DNA of 64,000 nt, from positions 5,674,209-5,738,208 of the forward strand of contig CM082592.2 of NCBI GenBank assembly GCA_040954595.2, written 5' to 3'. The DNA comes from Balanoglossus misakiensis. Its lineage: Eukaryota; Animalia; Hemichordata. Shown piece by piece: positions 61,201-64,000 of the stretch. A program made the translations under genes and the position numbers. The notes below the pieces were generated by a model, which saw nothing but the letters and a program-made list of their open reading frames with translations, made no database searches and was not told the DNA's origin. The number at the start of each line of letters is the position of its first letter. Positions within the stretch are counted from its first letter, which is position 1.

Positions 61201-63851
61201 TTTATGGATTCGCCGAGAAAGGGGATAGCTTTCAATGATATTATCTAATTTCCGTCAATATGGGCACCGTAGCTTAGTTAATTGCATTTCGCCCGAATCC
61301 AATGCATTTGTTTGCCAGATGGGAAGAATGAAATTCTTTAATCCGACGGTGTATCAAAATATTTGCAAAACCACAAACAGATGGTATTTTCAATGCGTAC
61401 CTTGGACATGCGTAAAGCGTTTTCAACCAACAATCTAACAGATGAAACTCTTTTCAGATATACCTGTTGATAACCACTGTCGTTGAATGATGGATTATTC
61501 AATGCACTACCACTGCATATGGCCGTGTTATGGTGGAATATTGACACTATATATGCATGTACTTTCTCGCAGATAAATGTATCCCGAATCCGTGTTTGAA
61601 TGGTGGTGTTTGCTTACCAACGACGGACAGTTTCAGCTGTCAGTGTACAAGTGCATGGACGGGAACGATTTGCAACATTCCATTAGGTGAGAGACTAGTT
61701 AAAATTACTTTTCTGTTAAGTCACCTGTACAATTCTGCCGTACAACGCACGCTGTTCACTTTATAATAATTTATGCCGCTTACGGGAAATTACCATAACT
61801 AGTATTTGCAACACAAATTCTTTCAATTTAACAACCGTGTTTGGTTTTTAGCTAGTGATTGCATATTTTACTCTGGGAAGTGACAATGCGAGACCATGCC
61901 TAAATGATTTCTTCCTTTGTATCTATCATCAGCCCAACCAGTTTGTAATCCAAATCCATGTCTCAACGGCGGTACCTGTTCCCCATCCGGGACCTCATAC
62001 ACGTGCCAGTGTCCGTCATCGCATACTGGTACGCTCTGTCAAACAGCAGCGCGTAAGTACCGTTGCATTTATATTCTAACAAAAACGTTGGGACCATATC
62101 ATTTCCTGAAACGTTAAACAGTTTGAGACAGACCCTGCATGAATTGTAAACAGCGATCCCGTAGACCAGGTGACGTTAACCTATGCGTATTTGATTACTG
62201 GAATCCGACCTGCTATTTTGAATAATAATCGATCGAGACAATGGCGGCAATATCAAGCTTCTGATGTTATATGTCTCTATATAACGGTACCTTTAATTTG
62301 CAGCAACCACATTTTGCTTTCCAACCAACCCTTGTCTGAATGGTGGCACATGTGCGCTAACCAGCACGTTCTACGCCTGTGATTGTCCGTCTGGCTATTC
62401 TGGTTTCAACTGTCAAGTCACAAGTAAGATTTGCTAGATACCATATCGTTATCGTTTGCTTCATTCTAAGTGCTAAGTAGTTGTACATTGCAAATCATCC
62501 ACTGGGCCAATCGTTGGTAGGATGGACACCCTTTAAAGGTATACGTCCCCCTGCGCAAATGTAATCACTGTTACCATGGAACGTGGAATCAAACCGATCA
62601 CATAATTTCACATGGGTGGCCACAAGAAAAGATACGACCCACATGGTCATTTCAAGCACGCCCTTCTAACCATAAGCTTTTGAACATGTGTAAATCAGAG
62701 TTGATGATGTTAAATTGTCGACTTTCTGTTGTATTCCAGTTACCAACCCATGTAACTCCGCTCCATGCCTGAACGGTGGAGTGTGCGAAGCAACTGGAAC
62801 TATAACCTATAGGTGTAATTGTCCGTCAGCCTATACCGGAACAAACTGTCAAACAGTTGGTAAGTAATTCAACCTCCCCGAACCTGATTGCTGCATGCAT
62901 CTGCATTCATGTGTTTGAGTGGCAGAAAGTAGTTCTCACAAATTATCAACAGACGCCATCTAGTGTAATTTTTCACCTTGTTGATCAAGTATCTGTACGC
63001 CTTCAATTTTGATTCATATTTGATATTTCTTTATAACTTCATGCTGTGTTATGCCTTATGTTATACAGTCACCACTCCTTGCAGTCCAAACCCGTGCCTG
63101 AACGGTGGGTCGTGCTACGTCACCGATGGGACTTATCACTGTAACTGCCCGTATCCCTACACTGGGACCATCTGCCACACTACAATACGTGAGTATGCTC
63201 TTATTTAGTAGGCTCGTATTGACATGAATTCAAACGCTGGACAAGTCATGAGTCTTGCGGTTTAAAATAAATTCTATTTTACAACCTAAACAGTTTACCT
63301 AATCAAATGTTAAATTTCTGTCGCCTCTTTACTTCTCAATATGTTTAGCCGACTGGTGTGACCCTAACCCTTGTCAAAATGGCGGCGTTTGCGTCATTTC
63401 CGGTTCATCGTACAGATGCACCTGCACATCTCAGTATACAGGAACCAACTGTCAAACTAGTCTAGGTAAGTCGTATATTGCCATCACCAAATAAAATTCA
63501 AATCCGGATACATACATTTTCCATATCTTATTTCAAAATGTATGGGCGTACGGTTATTGCCTTATGAACCATAACTACATCAATGTCTGTCAATTGTTCC
63601 TAATTGCTCAGCTCCATCTGTTATGTACATTTTCAGTTCCTCTATTGACCAAAACTAAGATTGTGAATTTGACAGACATTGACTTCATATTTCTCGTCAA
63701 ATCTATGTTTCTCTTTCTTCACTGGTTGCCCCATCTTCAGAGGTCGATTATTGTACCCCGAATCCATGTGAAAACGAAGGGATCTGTCAGTCGAACAATC
63801 AGTCTTTTACCTGTATATGTCTGCCTGAATGGGCAGGCCCTACTTGCTCCG
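58289..63851 (+). CDS. Second secreted multi-EGF (fibropellin/Notch-like EGF array) protein, 5' part, continues beyond the window
   Basis: Signal exon 58289-58361 (MTVSWIGFSAIVPLLVFVTAVGAQ|gtgagt). Phase 1-1 EGF exons 61021-61140, 61573-61686, 61933-62052, 62304-62423, 62740-62859, 63069-63188, 63349-63465, 63741-63851. Confidence 0.88.
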
Positions 63852-64000
63852 GTATGTACATGTATAGGCGTGTCCCAACCGGTCTGGTGTGTAGAATAGA
63901 CCACCCATATCATCGTTAAGAGGGACGTTCGTAAGGTCTTGTGGTACATGTAACATATGTATACCCCTGGTGTCATATCAAACGCAGACATGGAATAATA

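Noticed and set aside
62533-62680. ttaaaggtatac-starting segment resembling a TTAA-type MITE end
   Set aside because: No matching second terminus found in the intron.
43862-63851. Calling the EGF arrays Notch, Delta/Serrate or Crumbs
   Set aside because: No LNR, DSL, laminin-G or ankyrin exons and no cytoplasmic tail in the first gene; the second gene is incomplete.

Overview
This is intron-rich eukaryotic DNA, most likely from an invertebrate deuterostome (hemichordate/echinoderm-like). That assignment is inferred from the fibropellin-type gene and the snRNA promoter layout. Contents from left to right: (1) a complete CLIP1/CLIP-170 gene (+, coding 5483-27963, ~24 exons, two CAP-Gly domains, coiled coil, two zinc knuckles, DEQTY tail) with several candidate cassette and alternative-terminal exons; (2) NCBP3 (+, 32055-35663, 9 exons); (3) an intact U1 snRNA gene (-, 36871-37035) with octamer, TATA-like element and 3' box; (4) an intronless otopetrin-family gene (-, 38520-40751); (5) MITE/foldback elements; (6) a fibropellin-I-like gene (+, 43173-56568: signal peptide, EGF, CUB, 30 further EGF exons of which one is frameshifted) that ends in a GPI-type hydrophobic tail instead of an avidin domain; (7) the 5' part of a second EGF-array paralog (58289 to beyond the window). 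The most striking candidate novelty is the otopetrin-like protein. It appears to have lost several family-conserved pore residues, and its cytoplasmic N/C-domain linker carries a tandemly duplicated ~100-aa cassette packed with ITIM-like, SH2-type tyrosine and dileucine sorting motifs. It may be a channel-derived signalling receptor or scaffold. All exon calls were made by hand from GT-AG sites and reading frame, and homology calls rest on recalled motifs rather than database searches.
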